A DNA stretch of 64,000 nucleotides from Planctomycetes bacterium UBA7888. Its GTDB lineage: Bacteria; Planctomycetota; UBA1135. Under the pieces are notes generated by a model, which worked only from the letters and a program-made list of their open reading frames with translations, was not told the DNA's origin and did not search any database. Shown here piece after piece: positions 1 through 9,378 of this stretch (positions within the stretch are counted from its first letter, which is position 1; every line of letters starts with the position of its first letter). The position numbers and the translations under genes were made by a program. The stretch lies in assembly GCA_002500505.1 (NCBI GenBank), contig DLRM01000008.1:50700-114699 (forward strand), given 5' to 3'.

Positions 1-12
1 AATACAACTCTC

Positions 13-1194
13 CTAGCTCACACGAATGGCAATTGGATTGGTAATAAAACCATTACCAACCTCCATGCCCTGGAAAAACATGTCCGTGTAAGGCAAGGGG
101 TTCGGCAAGAACGGGACGGTCCAGTCATAGGTGCCACTCCCAGAGCCATCCAGTTGAATCGGACAGAAAACTCCATGATAGAACTGCCGAAGCAACCAAT
201 AGTCCGTTTTGTCGAGAAGAATAAACCCTAACCCTGCACCGGCTCTAAAGGTGCAGTTCAACTTTGAAGCACGAAATCCAATCACAACTGCGCCAGGAGT
301 TCCGTGTCGTACTTTGAAACGAAGAATGGAGCCTTGGCTGACTGATGGTAAGTCCGTGGAGAGTATTGGTGGTTGAACCATTCCACCCGGGACAAAAGCG
401 AGTGCGTCTAATTCTGAAGAAACTTGAAAACCCCAATTGGTTTCCTGGAACTCGGGAACAATGCGGCCGCCACCGCCTTCAGCGTAAACTGTGGAATCAC
501 TCTGAGTTGGCGATTGCACCGTAAAACATAATTCCTGAGAGCCTGGCAGTTGGCTCAAAGACAAGACATCGGTTATTGCAGAGGTTTGGCCTGTGGCATG
601 GTCCACAAGAGCCTGCACTTGACCTTCGCTGTAAACAATGCGAACAGAGGACGTTCCCCGATGGTAAGCCAAAATATCTCCGTCTTCCAGATCTCCCAAC
701 ACCGTGCCAATTAATTTGTCCCGCATTGAGAAAAACAGTTCCTCTCCAATGACTGTGGCCGCATCTAAATCAAAGGTGCCGGAATTGGGTTGAAGAAAAA
801 GGGTGATATCCGATTCCGCCCATTCCACAGTCAAACCCTGTGTTGGCAACCATCGCAATAAATCACCGTCATTGAACGTTCCGAATCCGCGTTCGGTCGA
901 GAAAAGAAAGTCCGAGGCGTCGCTTCCTGGACTTATTGCGGAAGGAGACCAGACCAAGGCGTCAATCCCTTCCACCTCATCTAAATTGCCATTGCCATCT
1001 AAGTCACCGACCAAAAGGGAAAGAGACGGGTCAGGTAGGTAAACCCTAGTGCTCGGGCTTTGCCCCTGGCGATGAATGAGCCAAGCACTGTCCAGGACAA
1101 CAGGGTCCTGAGGCAATCTGGTGTCATTTGTTGTGGAAGCCAGGGCGCACAAAGTCGGTTCCTGGATAAGTAGGAGCAAGAGTAGTGGATTCAT
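13..1194 (-). CDS. Secreted hypothetical protein with beta-propeller-like repeats and a C-terminal beta domain
   Basis: Start moved to ATG 1194 (MNPLLLLLLIQ; GAGGT SD 7 nt upstream). Repeated D-x-DA...F(F/L)S...DGD(L/I)L units; DLDGNG Ca-binding-like loop. Confidence 0.65.
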   Translation of the reverse strand: MNPLLLLLLIQEPTLCALASTTNDTRLPQDPVVLDSAWLIHRQGQSPSTRVYLPDPSLSLLVGDLDGNGNLDEVEGIDALVWSPSAISPGSDASDFLFSTERGFGTFNDGDLLRWLPTQGLTVEWAESDITLFLQPNSGTFDLDAATVIGEELFFSMRDKLIGTVLGDLEDGDILAYHRGTSSVRIVYSEGQVQALVDHATGQTSAITDVLSLSQLPGSQELCFTVQSPTQSDSTVYAEGGGGRIVPEFQETNWGFQVSSELDALAFVPGGMVQPPILSTDLPSVSQGSILRFKVRHGTPGAVVIGFRASKLNCTFRAGAGLGFILLDKTDYWLLRQFYHGVFCPIQLDGSGSGTYDWTVPFLPNPLPYTDMFFQGMEVGNGFITNPIAIRVS

Positions 1195-1359
1195 TTCATG
1201 TACCTCGCGAGGAACACGAAGAGCAAGGGCATGCATTACTGGGAAATATTCCCCAGCCTTGAAGGAATATTCTCTGGCACGAGTCCTTCCCGCTATAAAA
1301 ACTGGCTAAGTTCGCTTAAAGAATTTCACAGCTCTCGGCACGGCTCCTATCCTGGGGTC

Positions 1360-2268
1360 GTGCCCATTTCGATTCTATTCCTGCAAGCGGTGAGCCTCCT
1401 CCCAAATGCACCGACTCCTGCGCTCCCTGCCTCCGCGGCTTGCTTGAGGATTCAAGTTGCGGCTGAGACAAAAGAACTGCCAAAAACGGACACCCTTGAT
1501 TCCCTGAAGCCAAGGAGCAAGTCGGAGGTCCTGGAACTCGCGGCTAACCTAGGTCACTTCACCAATCGCGAGCTTCAATTATTTTCTACCGTCGCGGCTG
1601 GCGCTACTGCGGACTCCCCCTTTAGCCTCGCCCTCATTCGAGAAGGCCTACGAAGACCCGACACGACGACCGCCCTCTCCTGCCTCCTCTCCCCCGCTGA
1701 TGTTCCCCCATCCGCACTTCCGGCACTCGCCTGGCTGGCTACTGATTCGAGCAAAGCTTTGGAACTTCGCGCCGCTGCGATTTCGCGACTTCTTTCTGCT
1801 CGTTGTCGCTCTTCTTGGCCCTTGGCGCGCACGATTCTTCTAACAGGAACCCCTTCTGACACGCCCACAGCCATGGCCGACTGGCCACGAACCGGCCGAT
1901 ATGAACTCCCAAAAAGATTGCTAGTCCTTGAAATTGACCGCATCTTTTCTGCAGAGGGCCTGCCTCCGTGTGAAGTCGAGCCCAACGCCGCATGGAAACT
2001 TCAGGTCCAGCAGGTTTCGACCTTAGATGAACGCATGACCCGTTTTTTCTCCAGCGCGACAAAACGCTTCGCACTGCAGCCAATAGAAGAGCAACAAGAC
2101 TTCGCCCGCCAGCTTGCCAAGCTCCTCACTGAACAAAAAGATGTCGAGCACGCCGCCAATGCTTGCTCCCTTCTTCTTCCTCACGCCACCCCAACCCTTC
2201 AAATCGCCCTAACGAAAAACGACCCGAAACTTACGGCAACGGTCCGAAAAGTCATGACTCGTTTTTAA
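1360..2268 (+). CDS. Hypothetical helical (HEAT-like) protein, probably exported
   Basis: Long ORF 1198..2268. In-frame GTG at 1360 follows TATCCT by 6 nt and gives a hydrophobic N-terminus. Confidence 0.55.
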   Translation: MPISILFLQAVSLLPNAPTPALPASAACLRIQVAAETKELPKTDTLDSLKPRSKSEVLELAANLGHFTNRELQLFSTVAAGATADSPFSLALIREGLRRPDTTTALSCLLSPADVPPSALPALAWLATDSSKALELRAAAISRLLSARCRSSWPLARTILLTGTPSDTPTAMADWPRTGRYELPKRLLVLEIDRIFSAEGLPPCEVEPNAAWKLQVQQVSTLDERMTRFFSSATKRFALQPIEEQQDFARQLAKLLTEQKDVEHAANACSLLLPHATPTLQIALTKNDPKLTATVRKVMTRF

Positions 2269-2275
2269 CAAGACC

Positions 2276-4114
2276 TTAATAAAGGGCAATCACAATCAAA
2301 GACGTGTATGCTTTCTTCTTTCCGGAAGATGATGTGAATTCAGCCCGGAACCAAGAGCTAGCGCGGTTCGGAAGACTTGTTGGTACTTGCAAACTACCTT
2401 GCCCCGTCATTCCAAGAACCTCATGCACGAGTGTTTCCGAAGAATCGCCAACCGTACCGCGATAAACCTGAAGGTCCCCAACATCTGAGCCGAAGTTGTA
2501 TGGGAGCTCAACGGTTAGCGGGTAGTTGTTCGGAACTCGATTCTTCTTCGCTATGGCATGCCCACCAATGTCAATACGATGGTTTTTCGCATCAAAAAGG
2601 TTGATGACCAAGAAGGGTCCATTACTGATGTAATGTTTACCTGCGCGCATCGAAGAAATCAGGTTTGCATCGGAAATGGGGCCCTCAATCCAAACATGGT
2701 TCGCACCAAAATCCACGGCAGCGTCGTGCGTATCCGATCCGGAAAACGGCCAAGTAAATTTTCCTTCCAATAGGCGATTTACCCACCAGGATTCGTGTTC
2801 GGAAGATCCGGACCAGCCCGTTCCATTCCATATTTCCGTCCCGACCGCTTTCCCTCTCTCAAGGCCTTCATAACGAGAAGCGCTATTGAAGCTCAGACTG
2901 TCTCCCCCGGGGTGATGCGCAATGGCGAAGCCACCTTCTGCGTTAACATCGTCGATGTTGCTTTCATGGTTCGAAAGAGGATCATCGCAGTTGTCCATAA
3001 ATCCATCCTTCCCTCCGGGTTTGCGAGAAGTAATACCATGCCCGCCCATATGGGCCGTTCCTCTTCCATCAAAATTCCCTCCCAAGAGGCAGATGGCGTC
3101 AAAAATGTCCGTGCCCGACTGAGGTCCGCTTTCTTTCGTGGTCAGCTCGGTCCCACACAACAAGCTAAACGAAGGGTCATCAAGTGTGCTCGCCTCATTG
3201 GCAACCTCGTTAAATTCAGCATCACTATTAATACAGTAGGAATGAGTCGTTGTTGAAAACCAATCCATTCCCAAAGCCTGGAATTGTGGTTTTAAATCTG
3301 CATTCGTAAAACTGCCTGTAATATTAAACGATTCAGCTGCACAATTTGGGCAACCTGAAATCGATTGGTCACGACAATTGTGGACATGCAAATCTCCTGT
3401 GTGCCACGCGCCCAAGTTCCGACCTGCCCCACTGCCGGCCCAAGCAGTTGGCGGGGGGAGGAAATGGTCCAAAAGTGCGAAGGAGTGAGTCAAAGGAACT
3501 TGTTTCAATATGCCGTCCACTTCGTAATGAAGGAGAAAATCCAGAAACACTTCGTCGCCTGGCTCTGCATTCAAAGGGAAAAGGGAGTTCATGTCCACGT
3601 TGAAATCAATGTTTAAGAGCTGAGTTCCTCCTAAAGCAACCACTTCTCCCATGGTGTCCAACAAGGTTCTAAACAAGGCCGCCTCAACATCGGGCAACAA
3701 AGGAGTGCGTTCAGAAAGTGGGATAAAGACTCGCTTGTCATGCTTGTGGGCAATTTCAGGATCCACAGATTCCATAAGAAGATGGGCACGTTCAACAAGA
3801 CCTTCGTCTCCCAAAAGTCTGCGACCGGCTAAATCCAATTTTTGGACAATCGCACCATCCGCAGAACGGATTTCCAAGGAGTGGAGAGAGGCCGGACCTG
3901 TTCCAGAAAAATAGGCCTGAACCTGCATGGGGACCTGCGAGTCGGGGTAACGCACTCCGTCCATTAACCCGAAGGGGAAAAGGTGCATATCGGGTGCATC
4001 AATCGAAGCAAAACCATTAGAAGGTGAACTCGAATGATTTGCCTCCAAGGAAGAAGAAAAACCAACTCCGAGGAGAAGTGCGATAGCAAAGAGGAAATGA
4101 AGGGTCTTGGGCAT
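2276..4114 (-). CDS. Secreted PHP-domain (CehA/McbA-like) metallohydrolase, paralog 1
   Basis: Signal peptide; GDLHVH, GTE, AHHP, EIWNG, GSDTH motifs; C-terminal beta domain. Confidence 0.8.
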   Translation of the reverse strand: MPKTLHFLFAIALLLGVGFSSSLEANHSSSPSNGFASIDAPDMHLFPFGLMDGVRYPDSQVPMQVQAYFSGTGPASLHSLEIRSADGAIVQKLDLAGRRLLGDEGLVERAHLLMESVDPEIAHKHDKRVFIPLSERTPLLPDVEAALFRTLLDTMGEVVALGGTQLLNIDFNVDMNSLFPLNAEPGDEVFLDFLLHYEVDGILKQVPLTHSFALLDHFLPPPTAWAGSGAGRNLGAWHTGDLHVHNCRDQSISGCPNCAAESFNITGSFTNADLKPQFQALGMDWFSTTTHSYCINSDAEFNEVANEASTLDDPSFSLLCGTELTTKESGPQSGTDIFDAICLLGGNFDGRGTAHMGGHGITSRKPGGKDGFMDNCDDPLSNHESNIDDVNAEGGFAIAHHPGGDSLSFNSASRYEGLERGKAVGTEIWNGTGWSGSSEHESWWVNRLLEGKFTWPFSGSDTHDAAVDFGANHVWIEGPISDANLISSMRAGKHYISNGPFLVINLFDAKNHRIDIGGHAIAKKNRVPNNYPLTVELPYNFGSDVGDLQVYRGTVGDSSETLVHEVLGMTGQGSLQVPTSLPNRASSWFRAEFTSSSGKKKAYTSLIVIALY

Positions 4115-4151
4115 GCCCTATCATGCCACAACTTAAGCCGTGTAGGGGAAA

Positions 4152-5993
4152 TTAACGAAGAGCAACAATGATAATTGAGCTATAGGCCGACTTCTGGGGG
4201 TTCCCAGAGCTTTCAAACTCCGTTCGGTACCAAACTCCACGCCGCTGATGATTGGGATTCGGAATGCTGCTCAGAACCTGGAGAGTCCCCTGGCCCGTTA
4301 CATTTTGAAATTCGCGAAGGAGCGTTTCGGAAGAATCTCCGGTTCCGCCACGGTAAACACGCAAGGTCCCTACATCTGTTCCAACGTTATAGGGCGCCTC
4401 TACGGTCACGGGGTAATCGTGCTGAAGGCTTCTTGAAGCAAAAATAACTCCCCCCATTTCTTTTCGATGCCCATGATTGTCCGCCAAGGAAACAGAAAGA
4501 AATGGACCATTACTCAAGTAGAGGGTGCCCTCCCGCATCGAGGTTCCAACAGCGGCATCATCAAAGGTGCCGTTAATCCAAACATGGGTTGAACCGAATT
4601 CGTGGGCTGCGTCATGGGTATCTGAGCCCGAGGCGGGAAAGGTGAACTTCCCTTCCAAGAGTCTTGAAATCCACCAAGACTTATGCGCTGGCGACATATG
4701 TTCCAGGGTGTTATCTGCATTCCAAACTTCACAAGCCACGGTCATTCCACCTTCGATACCCTTAAACATCGCCACACTATTGTTGGAAATCATGTTCCCG
4801 CCTGGATGGTTGGCAATCATAAACCCACCCTCTTCATTGACTCTTTTAGCTTGGTTCACTGCATGCATCATGGGGTCTAAGCAGTAGCCAAGCCAGCCAT
4901 CTTCGCCACCTGGTTTCCTGGAGGTAATGTTGTGTCCACCATAGTGCGCAATGCCTCCGTGAAACACTAGCAAGCATTGCGCATCGAAGTAGGGGTCAGA
5001 GCCTGACTGGCTCCCTGCTTCACGAGTCGTCAATTCTGTTCCACACAAGATCCGAAAGCCTGCTTCGTCTAAATTTTCAGACTCCGCCTTTACAGCATCG
5101 AACTCACTTATATTGTTAATGCAATAGGAGTGGGTCGTCGTTGAAAAGAAATCTAAACCAAGGGCCTGGAACTGCGGCTTAAGATCTGCGTTGGAAAAAC
5201 TACCCGTAGTATTGAGCGCTTCGGCGTCACAATCTGGACAGCCGTTGGTCGCCTCATCTCGACAATTATGCACATGAAAGTCTCCGGCATACCATGCGCC
5301 TGAAGAGCGGCTCGATCCATTCATTCTTGCCGTCCAGGACGAAGGTGGAGGCAAGTAGGGAGCAAGCAATTGAATCGTGTGGGAAGTTGACGCACGACTA
5401 AGTTCGCCTTCTGGATTGTAGTAATCCAATTCCACTAGCATCAATTGTTCGTCGCCAACGGAAGGGTTCGAGCCAAACACTGAAGCGAGATCGACTTCAA
5501 AGCGAACGTTATGCATTTGTTCTCCGCCATCTCGTTTCACTTCCGCAACAGTGTCAAGCAAACGCCTTTGAAGGATGGATGCTTCTTCAGGAGTCAGTTC
5601 AGGACGTTCTTCAAGGGGAATAAAAATTCGATGCTTCCAACGGTGAGAGAATTCAGGATCTAATTTTTCCATTAGATAATAGGCATCGGCCATCATGCCC
5701 CCATCTCCAGGAAGTGATTCGTTTTGGAGCTCTACCCGAGAAAGAAGTTGGTGGTCAGCGTTGAAAACCTGGAGGCTCTGCAATTGAACATAGAGTTCAC
5801 CTTGGTTGTAAAGCTGGACCTGCATAGGAACGGTGGCCTGCGAATCACGAACATGCTCCATCATGCCGAATGGCAGCACATGAACTTCTCCTAAACCAAT
5901 TTGAGGTTCCGGGGCCCCTGCTTCAGCTGGAGAGAAAATCCCCGCGGTGAGAGAAAGTAGGAGGAAGGAAGCGAGGGAAACGAGGCGGCGCAT
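4152..5993 (-). CDS. Secreted PHP-domain (CehA/McbA-like) metallohydrolase, paralog 2
   Basis: Signal peptide; GDFHVH, GTE, NHP, EVWN, GSDTH motifs; colinear similarity to 2276..4114. Confidence 0.8.
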   Translation of the reverse strand: MRRLVSLASFLLLSLTAGIFSPAEAGAPEPQIGLGEVHVLPFGMMEHVRDSQATVPMQVQLYNQGELYVQLQSLQVFNADHQLLSRVELQNESLPGDGGMMADAYYLMEKLDPEFSHRWKHRIFIPLEERPELTPEEASILQRRLLDTVAEVKRDGGEQMHNVRFEVDLASVFGSNPSVGDEQLMLVELDYYNPEGELSRASTSHTIQLLAPYLPPPSSWTARMNGSSRSSGAWYAGDFHVHNCRDEATNGCPDCDAEALNTTGSFSNADLKPQFQALGLDFFSTTTHSYCINNISEFDAVKAESENLDEAGFRILCGTELTTREAGSQSGSDPYFDAQCLLVFHGGIAHYGGHNITSRKPGGEDGWLGYCLDPMMHAVNQAKRVNEEGGFMIANHPGGNMISNNSVAMFKGIEGGMTVACEVWNADNTLEHMSPAHKSWWISRLLEGKFTFPASGSDTHDAAHEFGSTHVWINGTFDDAAVGTSMREGTLYLSNGPFLSVSLADNHGHRKEMGGVIFASRSLQHDYPVTVEAPYNVGTDVGTLRVYRGGTGDSSETLLREFQNVTGQGTLQVLSSIPNPNHQRRGVWYRTEFESSGNPQKSAYSSIIIVALR

Positions 5994-6032
5994 CTCTCCA
6001 TTCTGCCATAAAAACCGGGGAAACTGGGGGAA

Positions 6033-7331
6033 TTAATGGAACCAGTTTGCGGATTGCAGGAGCCGGGACATGTCCCCTCCCCAATCTTTCTCCCAAAGTT
6101 GAAGCGTGAGCTCCCCTTCGGAATATCCGCCCTCTAAGATTTTCTTCAGAGGGTTGAGATATGGCGTTTCCTCCGGAGACAATTCCGCCTTGTCAAGAAG
6201 GGCATTCGCGAGTTTTCGAAGAGGGTTCCCGCAAGGGGCGATACCAGAAAGACCATGGCGGTGAGCTTCATGCCAAGTACGGTCCCTTTCTTCATCTGAC
6301 CAATCCGAAACGAGCGCCCATGCTGCATCTAAAGCCTGCTCCGAATAAAAAATTCCTTTTACCAGGGCACAAAGGGCAAGCGCCATCAAGGGGCATCCTC
6401 CGTCAATACTCCTAAGCTCAATTTGAGGCCTAAGTCGAGCTTCGGGAAAAAGAGTGCTGAGGTGCAAGTCCCAATCTTCGAGGGTTGCCTTGCCAGACAT
6501 CCAATACTCACGAAAGCGTTGGCCTCGCATGTCAACTAGACCGTGCTCCCTCTCAATAAAAAGCATGGGCGCATCTAAAGCCCAGTTGGCGTAATCTTCC
6601 AGACTTGAAGTTTCTTGAACACAGGGCGGAATCCAACCACACCGACTAGGGTCAGTCTTGGACCAAACATGCCCTCTCCAACTCGCATATCCACTCGGTT
6701 GCCCGGCTCGAATGCTCGAATTAGCAAAAAGAGCATTTAAAACAGGAGCCAACCCCAGCGCCACTCTGAGTTTTTTCGCCGCATCCCTTGGGCCAGAATG
6801 GTCAAAGTTCACCTGGGTTCCGCAGGTCGCTTTCATCATCCAAAGCCCCAGTTCTCCCGCTTCAGTAAGCCAAGGCTCCAATATGTCATACCTAGCCTTG
6901 GGAATTCGCTTTATTTCCGAAGGCGAGGCAACAGGATGAGCCCCTAAACCCAAGAACAAAACCTGGGAGTCTTCGGTCAGCGCTCGAAAATGACCCAACA
7001 TCTCCTGGAATTCTCTCTCCAAATCTACCAAGCTGGCACAAGGGCTGGAGTTGAATTCCACTTGAGCGCCAGGCTCCAAACTCAAATTGCGACCATCCCC
7101 ACCATCCAATCCAAAGATTCGCCCCGCCTCGCTCTTGAGTTTCCAGCCAGTCCGCTCTGCAAAGGCGGCGAGTAACTCCTCTACTCCACTAGGGCCCTCA
7201 TATGGAAGGGGTGCCCCCTTTGAATTCGTGAGAAACATCTCATATTCCAAGCCCAAGCAAAAGTCTTTCTCCTCGCGATGTCCACGAGAAAACCAGCTCA
7301 ATAAATCTTCCAAAGAAAGAGAATCGGTCAC
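6033..7331 (-). CDS. gshA: Glutamate--cysteine ligase (GCS2, plant/alphaproteobacterial-type)
   Basis: GLEYE, LSLEPGAQVE, MMKATCGTQVNFD, LSTLFPEARLR, IELRSID motifs. GTG at 7331 overlaps the upstream TAG. Confidence 0.8.
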   Translation of the reverse strand: MTDSLSLEDLLSWFSRGHREEKDFCLGLEYEMFLTNSKGAPLPYEGPSGVEELLAAFAERTGWKLKSEAGRIFGLDGGDGRNLSLEPGAQVEFNSSPCASLVDLEREFQEMLGHFRALTEDSQVLFLGLGAHPVASPSEIKRIPKARYDILEPWLTEAGELGLWMMKATCGTQVNFDHSGPRDAAKKLRVALGLAPVLNALFANSSIRAGQPSGYASWRGHVWSKTDPSRCGWIPPCVQETSSLEDYANWALDAPMLFIEREHGLVDMRGQRFREYWMSGKATLEDWDLHLSTLFPEARLRPQIELRSIDGGCPLMALALCALVKGIFYSEQALDAAWALVSDWSDEERDRTWHEAHRHGLSGIAPCGNPLRKLANALLDKAELSPEETPYLNPLKKILEGGYSEGELTLQLWEKDWGGDMSRLLQSANWFH

Positions 7332-7822
7332 TACTTGAAACGAAGTCCAGGGATATCTGTCTCTGCAATAGACCGCGGTGGTCCAAGAATTTCCCGCAAC
7401 AAAACTGCCTCTTTCCAGGATGCGCGTGGTCTCCATTTCTTAATCTGCTTCCCAAGGACAGGCCCTGTGGGAATCAAATTTCCAAGAGTGCGTGTTTTGA
7501 GCTCTTCTTCCAAAGCCGATGAAAATGGCAAAGGAGGCACTATGGGTACTTTTTCGGGAAACCCATCCTGAATCTCATCTGGCGCTTCCTGTAGAAATTC
7601 CTTGAGATTCAGAGATTTGCCAGTTTCAGCATGAACAACTTGGGGCGGTTGCGACCCAGGAAGTAAGTCCACCAATGCCGGGCGAGATCTCTTCCGGTCT
7701 TCTTTAGGTGAGGGTTGGGCTGCATTCTTCTTTTTCAAATAGCTCGCAACGGAGCTACCAAAAACAATGATGAGCCAAAAGACAACCTCAAAGTGCTCAA
7801 GAAGGTCCGAAAGCCAACCCAA
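7331..7822 (-). CDS. Membrane-anchored hypothetical protein (YqfB-like position, downstream of floA)
   Basis: N-terminal TM helix; C-terminal AVLLREILGPPRS motif typical of floA-downstream genes. Confidence 0.7.
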   Translation of the reverse strand: MGWLSDLLEHFEVVFWLIIVFGSSVASYLKKKNAAQPSPKEDRKRSRPALVDLLPGSQPPQVVHAETGKSLNLKEFLQEAPDEIQDGFPEKVPIVPPLPFSSALEEELKTRTLGNLIPTGPVLGKQIKKWRPRASWKEAVLLREILGPPRSIAETDIPGLRFK

Positions 7823-7825
7823 GGA

Positions 7826-8875
7826 CTACTCTCCTTCTTCAGGACCGGAGTCCTTGGAGTCGTTACCGGAAATTCCATCCCGCATGCGAGTGTCGGCATC
7901 TATGTTCTTCAACCGATAGAGATCCATGACTCCCATGTTTCCACTTCGCAAGGCATCAGCCATGGCCAGAGGGACCTGAGCTTCTGCAAGCACCACCTTG
8001 GATCGATTTTCCATCACCATAGCGGATTGCTCCTGCTCAGCAGCGACAGCCATTGCCCGACGCTCTTCTGCTTTGGCCTGGGCAACGCGCTTGTCTGCTT
8101 CAGCCTGGTCGGCCTGCAAGCGAGCGCCAATGTTGGTCCCAATGTCCACGTCAGCAATGTCAATGGAGACAATCTCAAATGCTGTGCCGGAATCAAGACC
8201 CTTAGAAAGGACCATTTTGGAAATCATGTCTGGGTTTTCGAGAACATCTTTATGAGTGCTAGCCGACCCAATCGTGGTCACAATACCCTCGCCAACTCGA
8301 GCGATAATAGTTTCTTCCATCGCCCCACCAACCAGCCGTGAGATATTTGTTCGCACCGTAATTCTGGCTTTAGCAAGGACTTGAATTCCATCCTTTGCAA
8401 CTGCGGCAACTTCCGTTTTGCCACTCGCCGGATTGGGGCAATCAATTACCTTTGGATTTACACAGGTCTGGACGGCCTCCAAGACATCACGACCCGCAAG
8501 GTCAATACCCGTGGCAATTTTGAAATCTAAATCCAAATCAGCACGATCGGCAGAAATCAATGCGGTAACCACTCGAACCACATCTCCTCCAGCAAGATTG
8601 TGGGCTTCTAGGTTTCGCGAATCAACTCCCCCCAATCCCGCCTGGACAGCCATAATCCTGGCCCGAACAATGGTTGCCGGATTCACTTTCCGGAAACTCA
8701 TGGCAATCATCTCTAATAAACCAATATTTGCCCGGGTCAAGAGAGCCTGAATGTAGAGATTGATGTACTTCAGAAGCACCACCAAAACCACAAATAGGAC
8801 TAAAACAAGAACACCAATTAATATCCAAGAAGTGGGATTATTGGCCGGGGTAAGCAAAAGGAGAGGAATGTTCAT
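7826..8875 (-). CDS. floA: Flotillin-like protein FloA (YqfA family)
   Basis: [47 protein letters not shown] signature. Confidence 0.95.
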   Translation of the reverse strand: MNIPLLLLTPANNPTSWILIGVLVLVLFVVLVVLLKYINLYIQALLTRANIGLLEMIAMSFRKVNPATIVRARIMAVQAGLGGVDSRNLEAHNLAGGDVVRVVTALISADRADLDLDFKIATGIDLAGRDVLEAVQTCVNPKVIDCPNPASGKTEVAAVAKDGIQVLAKARITVRTNISRLVGGAMEETIIARVGEGIVTTIGSASTHKDVLENPDMISKMVLSKGLDSGTAFEIVSIDIADVDIGTNIGARLQADQAEADKRVAQAKAEERRAMAVAAEQEQSAMVMENRSKVVLAEAQVPLAMADALRSGNMGVMDLYRLKNIDADTRMRDGISGNDSKDSGPEEGE

Positions 8876-9378
8876 TAGGAATTCTGCTCAGAGGTAGGTT
8901 CGGGAATGGATTCTTGCACAACAAGACGGTTGGATTCGAATTGCAACACACGAATAGAAACATTGGCTTCAACATGTTCTCCGCGAGTCACGACATCCAC
9001 CCTTTCTCCATCAATAATGGCGATGCCGGCTGGACGAAGGGAGGAAACAGTTTGGCCAATTTGGCCAACAAGGCGTTCATCTGAATGTTGAACTGCTGCG
9101 CGCTCTTCCGAAGACCAGGACGAGCCTCCAATAATCATTTTTCGCCCCATTGGTGTCTTCGGGAAAATTCTAAAAGCAAAAATGACAACAATAGGCAGCC
9201 CCGCAAGCGCACTCACACTTGCAATCCAACCCAAGGTGGAAGACTCCTCAAAGCCAAATACAATCGAGGCGACTAAACATAGGCCCGCAAGAACAGAAAG
9301 CACGCCAGCCGAAGGAAAGAAAACCTCGGCAGCAACAAGACCGAAGCCTAGAAGGAGGAGAAATGCGACAAGTATCAT
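8875..9378 (-). CDS. Short NfeD family membrane protein (OB fold)
   Basis: TM helices plus LRPAG...DVVTRGE OB-fold motif; TAATG overlaps at both ends. Confidence 0.9.
   Translation of the reverse strand: MILVAFLLLLGFGLVAAEVFFPSAGVLSVLAGLCLVASIVFGFEESSTLGWIASVSALAGLPIVVIFAFRIFPKTPMGRKMIIGGSSWSSEERAAVQHSDERLVGQIGQTVSSLRPAGIAIIDGERVDVVTRGEHVEANVSIRVLQFESNRLVVQESIPEPTSEQNS

Noticed and set aside
4110-4130. TGGCATGATAGGGC as a sigma-54 promoter
   Set aside because: GG-to-GC spacing is not 10 nt and there is no TTGC.
7332-7436. N-terminal extension of the GshA ORF
   Set aside because: Overlaps the upstream gene; GTG 7331 gives a coupled start just before the conserved region.
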